DNA from: Eledone cirrhosa
Lineage: Eukaryota
Assembly (NCBI GenBank): GCA_964016885.1
Contig: OZ024750.1
Location: 13,826,001 to 13,890,000 of the forward strand
Reading direction: 5' to 3'
Length of the DNA stretch: 64,000 nucleotides
Part shown: piece by piece, positions 1 through 14,669 of the stretch
Layout of the letters: each line of letters starts with the position of its first letter
Numbering within the stretch: the first letter of the stretch is position 1
The notes under the pieces: model-generated
What the model saw: only the letters and a program-made list of their open reading frames with translations
Databases searched by the model: none
What the model was told of the DNA's origin: nothing
Made by a program: the position numbers and the translations under genes

Positions 1-245
1 ATAATAGAAAGGACGATTTATTATGTCTTCATTACATTTATAGAGTAGTGATGCGCATTTCACTATTGATCAGCTCAAGGTTCAATCTGTATTTATCTAG
101 CCAGAAACATTAAATTCAAAAGACCACCACGCAATTCTGATAAGGCTAGATCAATACAGATCGAACCTTGAGCTGATCAATAGTGAAACATGCGTCACTA
201 CTCAATAAACGTAATGAAGGCATAACAAATCGTCCTTATTATTAT
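1..245. mobile_element. Inverted repeat (arms 1-102 and 144-243) with a decayed minimal hammerhead motif; Penelope-like pLTR remnant
   Basis: The arms are reverse complements with CpG-type decay. The plus strand reads CTGATAA-ggctagatca...tgatcaatagt-GAAACATGCGTC, followed by a (TAT)n tail. Confidence 0.55.
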
Positions 246-725
246 TATTACACTCTGCTTAGTACTATACCTCTATACTTACAGGAAACTACACAGCGAC
301 TGCTCACTCTGGTGAACCTACAGTAACTGCACACACACACACACATTACAATCCCTATACACACACATTTAATATGTAGGCATATAAACATGCCAGAAGC
401 GAGTTAGTATAGTATTAATTTTCCCCTCCCCTCCCTTTTTTCTATCTTTTGTTCGATAATTTTTGAACACATACACACATCTGATTCTAGATATTAACAT
501 GATATAAATACACAACAAGATCTTACTCTAAATAGAAACTGCATATTTATAGAAATAATTATGAAAAAGCAAATGATGATAATGTATTCTGCTTATGATC
601 AAATTATTCTTCAGTGAAACTCTCACAATACAGACCAGATAATAGTTCTTTTGAGCTTTACAACTATCTGCAACAATACCAGACAGTGAAAGAAACAAGA
701 TAATAGAGTTTTCAGGATTAATTCC

Positions 726-941
726 TTAACCCTTTTGTAACCAGTCTGGCCAAAACCGGCTCTGGTTCTATGAAATAAAACCACCCATTTTATATTAAAA
801 CTTCCAACATAATTTTATACAAGAACATTAAGTAATCTTAATAATGAAATAATTAATAATTTTAATAAACCACACAAAATTCTTCATCAATTAATTGAAT
901 AAGCATGTATTTCATTAGAAATGTGGTCATGAAAAGGTTAA
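726..941 (+). mobile_element. piggyBac-like MITE family B
   Basis: TTAA-cccttttgtaacca...catgaaaaggTTAA. Related copies: ~9760-9927(-), 16916-17312, 17519-17810, 46672-46880, 60300-60470(-). Confidence 0.65.
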
Positions 942-3900
942 AGGAAGACAACTGTAATGTAAAACTTACTAATTAGATTTGATACATGAATATATGAATG
1001 TGTGTGGCTTAGTGGTTAGGGTCTTCAGCTCACAATTGTAAGATTATGAGTTTGATTTCTGAACCAGGTGGCAAGTTGAGTCCTTGAACAAGATGTTTTA
1101 TTTCACATTGCTAGCAAAATGAGTTGTACATGTAATTTGAAGAGCTAACTTTGTTTCCCTCATGCTGAATCTCCCTGAGAACTATATTAGGGGTGCATAT
1201 GTCTGTGAAATTCTCAGCTACTGACAAGTTAATGTCACAAGCAGTTTCATTGATTGAATAAACCAGAGCAACTCATTATCAGAAACAATTGGGGTTCAAG
1301 AACGACGACAAATATATTTAAACACATTTCCGTTTTTATTCACTATAGCTAAAAATACTTAGAGAACAAAAGCTTAATAGCCATTGTAATATAAATAAAT
1401 CTAGAGATGCAAGTAATGGATTTCATCAGATATTGACTGAAAATCACAGGTACTTCAACTAAAAATAGAAATTATAAAAAGCCCAGCCTCTAACCATAAT
1501 ATAAAATCTATGATAAAGAATACAGTAACTTGATTGGTTTAGTTTAGTTTGGTTGTTTTCGTTGTGTAGCCTCAGGTCAAGAACAAGGCACAGCACAGAT
1601 TCATTTTCCTTGTTACACCACATCTCCATTTAGGCAAGGGCTTGCATTGATGAATCTTATGGGATGTAGTATAAGAACCTGTTTACAGTGTACTATCTCC
1701 ACTATACAATCCATTTCTGTATGACCATAAATTCCTATGGTGGTCAAATTGCAGCAAATACTGTTCAGGTGGCAGTGCTTGGGGCTAGTGAGACAGTTGA
1801 TGTTGAGGGTATTATTTCTGGGTGTATTTGGTCCTTGTACATGTCTTAAATTAGAGATAATATTTGGGGCCAGTAAGGTAGTTAATGCTGCAACTGTTAT
1901 TACTGTGGTCCTTATAAATGGCTTGAGTTAATGAGATAGTATTTGTAGGATAATGTAGTAGTACTCTGGGGTGTTGTATATGTGTGTAGGTGTTTCAAGT
2001 GGTTTTTCATGTAGTGATGGGGATTATGGTTGTTGAAGCTTACCTAACCTGTGCCCCTTACATGTCCAGGGTCATATTTTTTTTCCAACATTTTTGTAGA
2101 TGGACTGTGTACAACCTGTTATGTGTAATGTACTGTTGTTGTCTGTTGTTGGCAGACTGAGGACCCAGGCAGAAAGCTGAAACAAATACTACATTCTCAG
2201 TTCAAATCAATCCTTCCAGAGGATAAATAAAGTACCAACCAAATACTAAAGTAAGTTCTCTTTCTTTCACACGCACCAAGAATTAGCTATGTTGCACTGT
2301 GAAAAGGTCATGGGAAATCAACCAGCATCTTTGAAACCAGAAAGGTTATGGAACACTAACCAGTATTTTTGATGCCTACGTATATAATTTAAAATCTCCA
2401 GTGAGCTCAGAAGAGCCATCTACACTCCAAAAGTAAGCAACGCCAGATGAACATTTTTCCAGATTGTCCAGATCTAATTTATTTCCTCTCAACTTATCTT
2501 GTCAATCTCTACCACAGGCACCTTTCATTGTCAACTTAAATGACTTTTACAATACTACTATTTTTACCACATAAACGGTGATCTGGCAAGTCATTAGAGC
2601 GCTAGATAGAATGTTTTGCAGTATTCATCCCAGTTCCCTGCCTTCTCAATTCAAAACTTGCCACGGTCAACTTTGCCTTTCATCTTGAGGTTAATAAAAA
2701 AAAAAGTACCAGTCTAGTACTGGAGTTGATTCTTCCTCTATATCTCTTTCTCACTTTCACTCTTATTCTCTCTCAATCTTTGGAAGAAATCAGCTGTGAT
2801 CAAACTTGGAGAAGGGATGGACTCAGTCAGGTTTTTTAAATGCCCAAGAAATGCTGTATGTCCCTAGATACAAAAATATGCTGTTCAAACCCCACCACCT
2901 CCATTTTACCATCTGTTTTTTTTTTTGGTCACATATTCCTAGGCTTATATTTACATATATCCAGCAATTGTTACTTCCAGTGAGAAATTATTGGTCTTTA
3001 TTTCATGTCTGCTCTTGTTTCTAAATGTCCCAGTACATTTCAATACAGCTAAACTTCTCTTCTCTATGAGCCTGACAGAACTTACTACAGCTTTTGTTTT
3101 CATTATCTACACAAAACTGAGTTATCTACAGCTTTCCAGCATATTAAGCTACATCTTAGATGCTACTAGTTTTGACTATTCTGCAACTAAGTAGTGTATT
3201 AGTCATAGAAAGTGTCAATCAGTTTTTTTTACTTTAATCTGAATTGGCAGAGACGTTAGAACATCAGATAGAATGTTTTGTGGTATTTGTTTCAGCCCTC
3301 TGAGTTCAATCCTACCAAGGTTAACTTTGCCATTCATCCTTTCAGGGTTGCTAAAAAAAAAAAAAAAGTACCAGTCTAGTGCTGGAGTCGATTCTTCCTC
3401 TATATCTTTCTCATTTCCATTCTCTCACTCTCTATCCTTCGCTGGAAGAAATCTGCCAGGCTTAAAATGCCCAAGAAACAATACAGAGTGCCTACGACTC
3501 CATCAGAAGTCATGGGACCATACATACTTCTTTTCATAGAGGTGAACATTGACAGCGTTGGCAAATTTTGCAATGTAAACTAGGTCATCAGCAATTTACT
3601 GTGTTTTAGTACAGTGTGCTATAATTTGGATATTTAAAACAAGCATTTATGGCAGAAACCTTTTATCTACATACACACACAAATATATATTTTAGTGATG
3701 TAATTTAGACAAGTTTAATAAAAGGTCTAATTTCAGCCTTTATCAAAGACTGATTAGTAATGAATAACTTATAGTATCAAATATAGCTGAGACTAAAAGC
3801 TGTTCTTTATAGTAATAATACATACACTGATGAATTTAGAGTAAGTACAAATCTTTAATATCTAGGTGAGAGTAAATTTGTTTTAATCTGTACACTAAAC

Positions 3901-4537
3901 TATACCACATTACAGTACTGGTGCTATGACAAAAAAGCACCCAGTCTATCATTTAAGGCGGTCATACCTTACAACAAAAAAGCATCCACCCTGAAAGGTG
4001 GTTGTATGGGTGGCACAATAAAAATGCACCACTTTAACCCATAAGGTGATCATGATGGTGACATGATAAAAAAGCACCCAGTTCACCCTGTAAGGTGGTT
4101 GTGCAGGTTGACAAAAAAAAAAAGCACCCAGTCCACACTCTATGATGGTCATGTTGGTGATATGACAAAAAGCCTCCAGTCCACTAAGTAAGGTGGTTGT
4201 GCTGGTGATATGACAGAAAGCACTCAGTCCACCCTGTAAGGACATTCAACTGTAGGAAACTAATCCACAAACTGATCATATGAGCAAGATATAATCCCCT
4301 GACCTATCCAGCCTCATGATGTGACATCCATGCAAGCATAGATAATAGACGTTAAGATAATAAAAGCAGAAAACCTCTTAGAATGGTATCCAAAAGTAAG
4401 CCTTTATAACTATCATTCAGTAATCTTCCCTTCTATGTGAATGTAGAAGAATCTTCCATAAATCGACAACACCACAAGTAACTACTCTCTCAGCAGTTTA
4501 TATTTATTTTAAAAAAAATAACATTTATAATATTATA

Positions 4538-4577
<40 letters not shown>

Positions 4578-7077
4578 CACAAGAAATATATAATTGCCTT
4601 CCTATCAGGAATGCAACTCTCTTATCAATAATATCAGTATTGATTTTATTCTAAAAGATCAACTGATGACCTACAAGTGAAGATTATACAGATGTTCATT
4701 CACAACTATACACCAAGACTGTAAAAGTCAAACAAGCATGGTTTAGGTAAAATACATATTACAATGAGAACTGCTTTGAGAGCTTAACATATGTTAAACC
4801 TTTTAAAAATTTCACTAAATTATTAGCTCATATTTTATTCAACTATCTTATTACAATTGGCAGCAGCAAAGTTTTCAGTAATTCTTCAAGAAACAGTGTA
4901 CACTCCTGCACTCTACTGTTTCAATGAGAAACACAGACATTGTACAAGCAATTCCAATACTATTCCAGGACAGAATTCCAAAGTTTAGCCCAGAGATGAA
5001 ACTATAATAAATTTAAGCTATTGTAAATTGAAACATAGGTGGCAAATTGGCTGAGTTGTTATAATATCAGATAGATTGCTTTGTGGCATTTGTTCCGACT
5101 CTCTGTTCTCTGAGTTCAACTTTGCATTTCATCCATTTGAGGTCGATAAAAAAAGTACCAATCCAGTACTGGGGTCAATTCTTCCTCTATATCTCTTTCT
5201 CACTCTATACTTCTCTGGAAGCTAGATACTTTATAATGTAATGGGGTTGTGAAGCACAAACTAAACAACACTTAAAACATCAAAATATTAAAACTTCATA
5301 ATTATTTTTTATACTCATGAGAAATTGAAAACCATGCCATCTAAACAATATGTTGACAAGCTTCTTCAGCTTATAAACAGGGTTTGGATTTTTACTCATT
5401 TCTTAGACATAAAAGGGGGACAGGTGCTTATATTCAAGTGTATATAGTTATTTTAAAATTATAAAGATTCCAATCACATCTTTATTTAAAAGATGTTCAA
5501 AAATGTTCCAGTTTTAATGATTCCTGTTATTTTAACTTACTAATAAAGTACCAGTAATACACTGGGTAATTGCTGGCCTTGTGCCAAATGTAGAAACAGT
5601 TATCTTAACTTACTCAAACAAAAAAATAAAAATGATCAAATTTAAGAACTGAGAAATTATAATATAAATTTTCAAAATTTCTTCATTTTCTGAGTGTAGC
5701 TGATTTCTTGCCAATAGTTATATGTTACCTCCTCTGGTTAAATCAAGCTAATTTTGTCATTATCTGCTCTCAAGTAGTAGCTCCATAATTGTGATTAATT
5801 ATGAAATATTATATATTATTTACGATTAATTATAATACACATTTTCATATCACAATACATCATCGTATAACGTCCATGTTCCACGCTTGCATGGGTTTGG
5901 ACGGGAGTTTTCCCACTTGAGGCAAGAGTGGTTGTCTTGCTCACATAGGACTGTCTGGCGGGTTTTCTACAGCTGGATGCCCTTCCTAACACCAACCACA
6001 TTTACAGTGTGGGACTGGGAGGTTTTTACCGTGTTGCCTACACGGCCACATTACAGCGTGGACTGTCTGGCGGGTTTTCTACAGCTGGATGCCCTTCCTA
6101 ACACCAACCACATTTACAGTGTGGGACTGGGAGGTTTTTACCGTGTTGCCTACACGGCCACATTACAGCGTGGACTGTGTTTTTTTGTCGTGACACCTAC
6201 ACGATCTCATTTGTTTCGGCCTGGATGTTGTGGGACCAACATAACTTTACATTGAAAGGGGCGGTGTGGATGGGGGGGGGTTAGAGATGCCTACTGACTG
6301 TAGTAGGTTTTACTTTGTATTTCAGGTAAGGCGGGTGGCTTCTCTATTACTGAGTACCGGTTATCGGTGCATTCCTAATCTGTATCGATGGGCATGATCA
6401 TAAAAGTGAAAGTTGTTCTGGAAACTTTACCTCATGAACACATACCAATTTACTCTACCTTGAACCTGTTTTGTTGCATCTCTGGAACAAACACTGCAAG
6501 TTGGAAGTAGTTTTAAGGATTTCCGAGTCTGGTAATGAAAATATTTTTTCCATCCTCATAAATAGCATGTACATTTACATCACCCATGAAATAATAATTT
6601 CTAATTTAGGCACGAGACCAGCAATTTTGAGGGAAGACCAAAGTCGATTATATCAAAGGTTCCCATACTCATTGGTCAGACGAAACCCCTTTCCATTTTT
6701 GAGCAGCCATACAACAGAACAGAGGTAACAGTTTCTTGAAAGAGGTTCCTTTTCATGTCTAGATTTCCACACTAGAGATAACATGTTTACATGGCCTTCA
6801 CAGTTAGAGACTTTACTACCCAGATAAGTAAATTCTACACGGTACACATATTTTTTCAGCCAAGTGGACAGAAGCAATGTGAAATGAAGTGCCTTTCTCA
6901 AGAACATAACATTACCCAAACCGAGGATCAAACCCATAATATTATGGTTGTCAGTCCAACACCCTAGCCACTTGGTTGTACACTCCCTTTATTGCATAAG
7001 GAGTGATAATAAATATTCTTGGGAGTGATCATAAATATTCAAGTGCTTTAGTTGGGTATTTAACAAAAAAGGTTGAA

Positions 7078-7513
7078 ATACACTATTCATGAATTTTTCT
7101 TAAAAAAATACACCACAAAGTTACAAAATGTATAAATTATGTCAGAGGTATTTTTATTATTGAAGATGTAATTTCCCACTGAAAACACTATACATAAATG
7201 TTTCTAAAAAAAATACACCAAGTTGAAAACAGTGTAAATTACTTAAGAGGTATTTTTATTATTGAAGATATAATTTTATTATTGAAGATGTAATTTCCCA
7301 CTGAAAACTCTATTCATAAATTTTTCTAAAAAAATAGACCACTAAGTTGAAAACAGTATAAATTATTTAAGAGGTATTTTTATTATTGCAGATGTAATTT
7401 CCCACTAAAAACACTATTCATAAATTTTTCTAAAAAAAATACACCACTAAGTTGAAAACAGTGTAAATTACTTAAGAGGTGTTTCTATTATTGAAGATGT
7501 AATTTCCCACTGA
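7078..7513. repeat. ~105-125-bp tandem repeat, ~4 copies
   Basis: Repeated cactattcataaatttttctaaaaaaatacaccactaagttgaaaacagtgtaaattacttaagaggtatttttattattgaagatgtaatttcccactg. Confidence 0.85.
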
Positions 7514-10500
7514 ATATCATGAATCAAGAGGGCAAATTGACAGATTCATTAACACTAGATAGAATGCTTTGCAGTATTTGTTCCAGCTCTCTACGCTGAG
7601 TTCAAATCTCACTGAGGTCAACTTTACTCTTCATTTTGACGAAGTTGATAAAAAAAAAAGTACCAGTTCAGTAATGGAATTGATTCTTACTCTAATCATC
7701 TTTCTCACTTCCTCTCTTTGACTCTCTAGAAGAAATTGGCTGTATTCAAATCTGGAGAGAGGAAGGGCTCTGAAAGGTTAAAAAGAAACCACCACTATTT
7801 TCCATGCTTGTATGGGTTAGACAGATTGTCATGTGATGAGGCTAGACTGGTGAAGTGACTGTGTCTGGTTCCTTTATTCCATCTTTGGCTTAGTTTCTAT
7901 GGCTAAATACATTTCATAATGCCAACCACTTTACAGCATGTACACTGGGAACATTTTATCGCGCCTCCAACACTACCATCATACAGGGTGAACTGGGTAC
8001 TTTTTGTTGTGGCACCAACACTATCACCTACAGTATGGACTGGGTGCTTTTTGTCATGGCCCTAGCACCTTATAGGGTTGACTGGTGCTTTTTATATTGG
8101 CACCAGCACTGGTAAGGTATTGATGGCAGTGAAGGAGGAGGGGCTCATACCATATCATGGGAGAGAAAGCATTAGGTCATGGAGGTGGCCTTGAAGAGAG
8201 AGAGTTGCATATATCAATATATTACAAGGTGTGCTTTACATAATGGCATAGATTGGACAAGAGAAGTGAATGGGTTTGTTAAAACAAATGCTTATTCTAC
8301 CTTTACTAGTGGACAGATCATGGTAAAAAAAAATTGCAATATTAGAGTAAAGACTATACATGTGTCAATACATATTTCTCTGCCATCTACAACAGTTAGA
8401 CACACTTGACTCCTCCACCGCTTTACCCAATGACTTATATTCCCTTGTGATGCATAGATTGAAAATAAAACAATGAATAATTTTTACTTTTCATAAACAA
8501 GTTAAATAACACAAAACAAGGACATGATCATTGAAACTAGAAATATTTGACATACCAAACATACATTATAAGTTGACCTCTTCAAAAGTCACTGGGATAT
8601 AAAATTAGCTTAACAAAACACATATACATTTAATAAAAAAAACATTACTAAATCAAAATAATGTATTTTAATAGAAGGCTATAACAATGTAAACTAATTT
8701 GTAGTAGGAAATGTGTCCAAATTAGTTTCCTCAATTTTTTTTGATAAAGGGATTTTATCCCCAAATATTAAGGAGTATTAAACAGCTCCAATCTAACATT
8801 CCCACACCTTTGTTATTTTTTACATTTAATATCTCATTTACATTACTGTAACCTTCCTATAAGATATACTATTTTCTACACAATGACTCAAGCAAACTAC
8901 AGCACCCTCTTCAACAACATCATACCCTCTTAATACATTAAAGTAACTGTATTAGTATAGTAGGTTGAAGGATAAATACACACACACTGTGTGTGTTGTG
9001 TATTCCAGTGTCTGGAATTTGTTGTTAAAAAGGCAAGAGTTCAGTCATCAGGCTCTGTCTATCTAATATATTTACATTCTACTATCCCAAATATTGAGTA
9101 CTTTGCTGAATAATGGTCTTGCTATTTTAAAACTGGTAAAATCCTTAACTCTATCTCCATTTAATGTAGGAGTGCTGGTGACATGATAAAATGCACCCAG
9201 TACACTGTGTAATGATAAAATGCACCCAGTACACTGTGTAAAGTAGGAGTGCTGGTGCCATGATAAAACCCACCCATCACAGTGTGAAGTGGATGTCATT
9301 AAGATGAGCATTCAGCTATAGAAACTATGCTAAAAATGAAGTGTACAAGAGAAATAAGGTCTTCCAACCCACCCACTCTCAAACTGTGACAACCTAGCCA
9401 ACCAATGATGATGATAAATATACACCCATATACATATTAGACTGCTCAACTTGATTGTTTTATCACTACAAACAAATATTTTTCTTCTCAATAATGTTTG
9501 ATATTTAAGCATCTGACTAGCAGCTGTTTTTGTTACAATAATACTGTGCCAGCTCCATATTTTGACTAGGAGGATTTTCTTAAGTAGAAATCATTAAAAT
9601 GATCAAAGTATGAAATTCTTCTAGAAAAATAAACAATTCTGTATGTAGACCATTTATTGGTAGTTATTCTCTTGTTAGCCTGTGTATAAACTGCATTAAA
9701 GCATGAAACAACAGTTAACGCTTTCATGACTGCATTTCTAATGAAATACACTATTTTAATGAAGAATTTTGAGGGATTTACTGAAATTATTAATTATTTC
9801 ATTGGTAAGATAGTAACTTAATGTAAGGTTGGAGGATTTTAATTTAAATTGGAAACCTTCAAAATGGGTGGTATTATTTCATAGAACCAGAGCTAGTTTT
9901 GGCTGGATTGGTAACTAACGGGTTAAATCAGCTAAAATTAATCACAAGAGGTCATAGGTTCTCTGACTTTTTAGTAAAAAGGTATTAAAAAAATAATAAT
10001 AATAATATGCTGTTAAAGAGTTAAAGTTAAGACTGTGAGATCCCTATCATTAACCAATTAGCATTTGCATTACTGTATATATATATATATATATATACTA
10101 TTGTATTTTCGCAGTAAAGTCTTTACCTCACATAATACCAAATCTATGAGATTTTAGTATTATTTATTTTGAGAACAATACCTTAACATCGGTATGAGTG
10201 GTCGGTTACAGCTGGTTTGAACAGAAAGAGGTGAGAGAATTCTGGCCAGATACAGCTGGTTTAAATGCTAGAAATGTCCTATGAGATACATCATAGGACA
10301 GCTAAACCTATGCAGATGAGATCAACAATAACATAATTACCTTAAAGAAGATTAAAAGAAATGAAAATATTTACTACAATACATCTTTCACATCTTTGTC
10401 TTTATTTTAAAGGCCTATGTTTTGATTGTTCCATACTAGCTCAACTAGTTATTTTTAGCTGTAGCTTCAGTTAAAACAATCAAGATTTATTTCAAGGCTG

Positions 10501-11139
10501 AAGATATTTTAACTCTTGTCTTCCTATCACTAATACCTAATTTCTGTGTCTGTGTATGGACATGTTTGTATATGTGTGTGTACATCATCATCATCACTCA
10601 ACACCCATTTTCTCTGCTAGCAAGGGTTGGACATGTCACAAACCTGTGAGAACTCAAGCGGAGCCCCTGATTTCGAGGTGGGCTGGGGGAGAGAGAGTGG
10701 GGTTCAACATATCATCCCACATTCTACTTAGTGCATTTTAATGCAACACAAACACTAGGAAAGTTGTGATGTCTTTATCATAGCTAGAGTCTTCCCAATC
10801 CTTTGTTTGACAGATTTTATACGACTGGATGCTTTTTCCATTACCAACCACCATACAGAGTGTATTGGCTGATTGATATACATATACTGTATATTTGACT
10901 GAGGTTTTCAAATAAAAACAGATAATCTTGAAAATGACACCTCAAATATAGTAGAAATATCAAAAGATCAGGATATTGTCAGTTAAATGTAATAAGGATA
11001 TATGTTGACATGTAACTCCCCTAAGAAAAGAGCAATAAAATTCCTATCAATATTTAACAGTGTGCATCCAATTTAGAATAGGTACACTGTATCCCTATGT
11101 GTTGTTAGAAGTGACTAAAAGGGTTAGTGTCAGGTAGGA

Positions 11140-11960
11140 CCAGGTGGTGGTGGTGGTGTTATACTGGACAATGGATTAAGTCTACCATCTAAGGGTAATG
11201 TAGGGGTGGTGTTAAACTGGGCAATGGATAAATTTTACCACCCATGGGCCATGTAGTGGTGGGTTAAACTGGGCAATGGATAAAGTTTACCACCCAAGGG
11301 CCATGTAGTGGTGGTGTTAAACTGGGCAATGGATAAAGTCTATCACCCAAGGGCCATGTAGTGGTGGGTTAAACTGGGCAATGGATAAAGTTTACCACCC
11401 AAGGGCCATGTAGTAGTGGTGTTAAACTGGGCAATGGATAAAGTTTACCACCCAAGGGCCATGTAGTGGTGGTGTTAAACTGGGCAATGGATAAAGTTTA
11501 CCACCCAAGAGCCATGTAGTGGTGGTGTTAAACTGGGCAATGGATAAAGTTTACCACCCAAGGGCCATGTAGTGGTGGTGTTATACTGGGCAATGGATAA
11601 AGTTTACCACCCAAGAGCCATGTAGTGGTGGTGTTAAACTGGGCAATGGATAAAGTTTACCACCCAAGAGCCATGTAGTGGTGGTGTTATACTGGGCAAT
11701 GGATAAAGTTTACCACCCAAGAGCCATGTAGTGGTGGTGTTAAACTGGGCAATGGATAAAGTTTACCACCCAAGAGCCATGTAGTGGTGGTGTTAAACTG
11801 GGCAATGGATAAAGTTTACCACCCAAGAGCCATGTAGTGGTGGTGTTAAACTGGGCAATGGATAAAGTTTACCACCCAAGAGCCATGTAGTGGTGGTGTT
11901 AAACTGGGCAATGGATAAAGTTTACCACCCAAGAGCCATGTAGTGGTGGTGTTAAACTGG
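11140..11960. repeat. 53-bp minisatellite, ~15 copies
   Basis: Unit gtagtggtggtgttaaactgggcaatggataaagtttaccacccaagagccat; period checked at 11781 to 11834. Confidence 0.95.
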
Positions 11961-14669
11961 GTAATAAATACTACAAAACATGTCTTGCGTTCTCACAACT
12001 TTGTCAATTCTCCATCTAACTGTTCTCGAATACTAAAAATCAGACAAATAATTGGAAATCGATTCAAAATAGGAAGATTAGTATTAAAAAAAAAAAAAAG
12101 AACGTTTTTTTTTAAAGTCATTTTTTAAATACAGAAATATTGCGATGTTTGATGAACATATAGAATCAATGCACAATGAAGCTGTGTTACAGAACACAAA
12201 AAATAAATTAATACAAGAAAAATAATACGAAAACATTGCAAATAATAAACTATAGTCAGGTTATCAAAAGCCAGAACAAAATTCAATCTTTTTCTTTCTT
12301 TTTTTTTTCCATAAAAAGTTAATAATCAAATATTTCAAAGTTGTTTCATGAATAATTTCTTATTCCAGATTAATGCAAAATATTTGTATGCATCATTGAA
12401 GCAGATTAGAGGAGTTTCAGCAATTCTCTTCATACTGAAAGCTCACATGTAATTGCAACCATGCTTGTTCCACAAGAACAGATAATTAGACTTCCAACTC
12501 TTTAAGTACAGGATATTATTAACCACAATAACATAATTTTCTATTGGATAATTCCCTGTTCAACAAGGTGTAAATATAGATGACCAATCAATATTAAAAT
12601 AAAAAGTTTTAAAAAATAAAAAAATAAAAATTTCACTTTTGCTAAAATAAAATAAAATAAAATAAAAAACACTAAAATCCAATTAAAATTTAGATTTTAG
12701 TTATACTAGTACTTCTTTGCTCACTTATTCCTGAGAGGGTCATGGGAGCAGAGTCCTCAAACACTCTAAATGTTACTCATTATTTCAGTCTCTAAATTCA
12801 GGAAGCTATATCTATTATCTAAGCTCACTAAGGTGCAACGAAGAAGTTCAAATCATTATAAAAATGCTACATTCTTTTATGATGGTGGTAGTTTTGCATA
12901 TACTAACAGATAAACTAGTTTTTTAACTCAAATAAACAGCATGATAAACAACTTGCCACATATTCACCATTCTTTGCTCTCAGCATATACTAACATACAC
13001 ACACCCACACCATCCATGAATAGTTGTAAGCTATTTTGTATCGTGGAGGAGTGTGGTCAAGTGGTCAGGGTGTTGGACTTATGATCATAATCTCAGAGGC
13101 TTGATTACTGGACTGGTGTCCTGTCTAAGAGGGAGTCTTGTAATCTCAGTTACTGGGGAAACCGGGTTAAGCACCAGCCTGATGAATCTCTGGGCTCAAA
13201 ACAGACTTTAACCTTTTAGCATTTAAACCGGCTGTATCCGGCCAGAATTCTCTCACCTCTTTCTGTTCAAACTGGCCGTAACATGCCGCTCATACTGATG
13301 TTAAGGTATTGTTCTCAGAATAAATAATATCAAAATCTCATAGATACAATATTATGTAGAAAAATAATATCAAAATCTCATATTCAATATTATGTGAAAA
13401 AATAATAGTAAATATAGAGTAATGGATAGAATATAGAATCTCCTTGCTATACATTGTTAGATTATAGTGAAAGTGACTGAGATTCATCATTAGCCTTTAC
13501 GTTCAGTTTTCCATGCTGACATGGATTGGGCAGGATGTTGGGAGACAATGTTTTACAGCCAGATGCCCTTCCTGATGCTAACCTTCCTAGTTGCCTCTTA
13601 TGACATGCAGAAATATGGTGAGTCTATACTAAAAACCACAATAAAAAAAAATATGTTTAATATTTAAATGCAACTTCAAGTGAAACTTCAAACAGTACTC
13701 ATGTTAAACAACGTGATTTATTTACAGGTCAAAGGCTAAAGTTAAAATATAAATACAAAAGGAGGTAGCAATTATTTACTAGTGCAACATACACAGTATA
13801 TTAAATAACCATTATATTTGATATGTTCACATTAGAGAGTGTATTGTATGATAGCAGACTAAATCAAGTCAATTATACACATAACTGTTGAGATGAATAA
13901 TCAGAACATAAAAATGACATTGGTAGCCATGAAACACTTCCATTTTTATCTAAACAGATTTGTGCTATAAATAGACATTTATCTTTGTTCTACATCCATT
14001 TTATCATGTTGCCATACGTTGTCCCTGGAAATTACATACAAAACACTAGGTGGAATGGTTTTAAATGTTTTTTCTCTCTTATTTTTCAATTTATTAAGAT
14101 TTTGATTTTTTTTTAAAATCACTTTTTGCCACACCCTGAATGTTTAATGTTCAAAACAAAAGTCTGGAGATTCTTTTGTTTTTGTTTTTAAGTAAAAAAA
14201 AAAAAGAGGGGTTTTAAAAAAATCCCTGCCCAAGCAATAAATACTTTGTTTTCTTGTGACAACACAACCATGTGTACAACACCGTACATACTATTTCTTT
14301 CCACAATTATTCCTGAGAGGGTCATGGGGGCGGAGTCATCAAACATACCTTCTACAAAGTCCTATCGGAAGCAACCATCTCCAAATAATCCAGCTGCATC
14401 CCCCCAAAAAGACCAGCAGAGCTTATGGATGCTATCCAACCATGTCACTTGTGGTCTGTCCAATGTCCATAATACCAAAGCTTTGATCTCTTGACGAGAA
14501 GTCGCAGCTCTACCTAGAGCAATTCCCTGATTTTTATGTTCATTTTTATGTCCACTTTTCTTCTGAGACAAAGAATTACAGCTGGATGTTCTTCCTGTTT
14601 CCAACTCTTGTGGTCACTTCATATGACACGCAAAGATACACTGTACCTATTGTAAAAACCAGGATACAC

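Noticed and set aside
995-1075. tRNA genes (also ~13045, ~16772, ~22820)
   Set aside because: Only degenerate A/B-box heads continuing into SINE bodies; no cloverleaf.
1680-2180. Higher-complexity stretch as a possible REPS1 exon
   Set aside because: The segment I translated has stops in all three minus frames and no REPS1 similarity; likely a decayed TE.
9040-9060. CTGATGA on the minus strand as an independent hammerhead
   Set aside because: No stem I partner or GAAA; better explained as CpG decay of the plus-strand element homologous to 62.6 kb.
11140-11960. CRISPR-like array
   Set aside because: Units repeat end-to-end with no unique spacers, the context is eukaryotic, and there are no cas genes.
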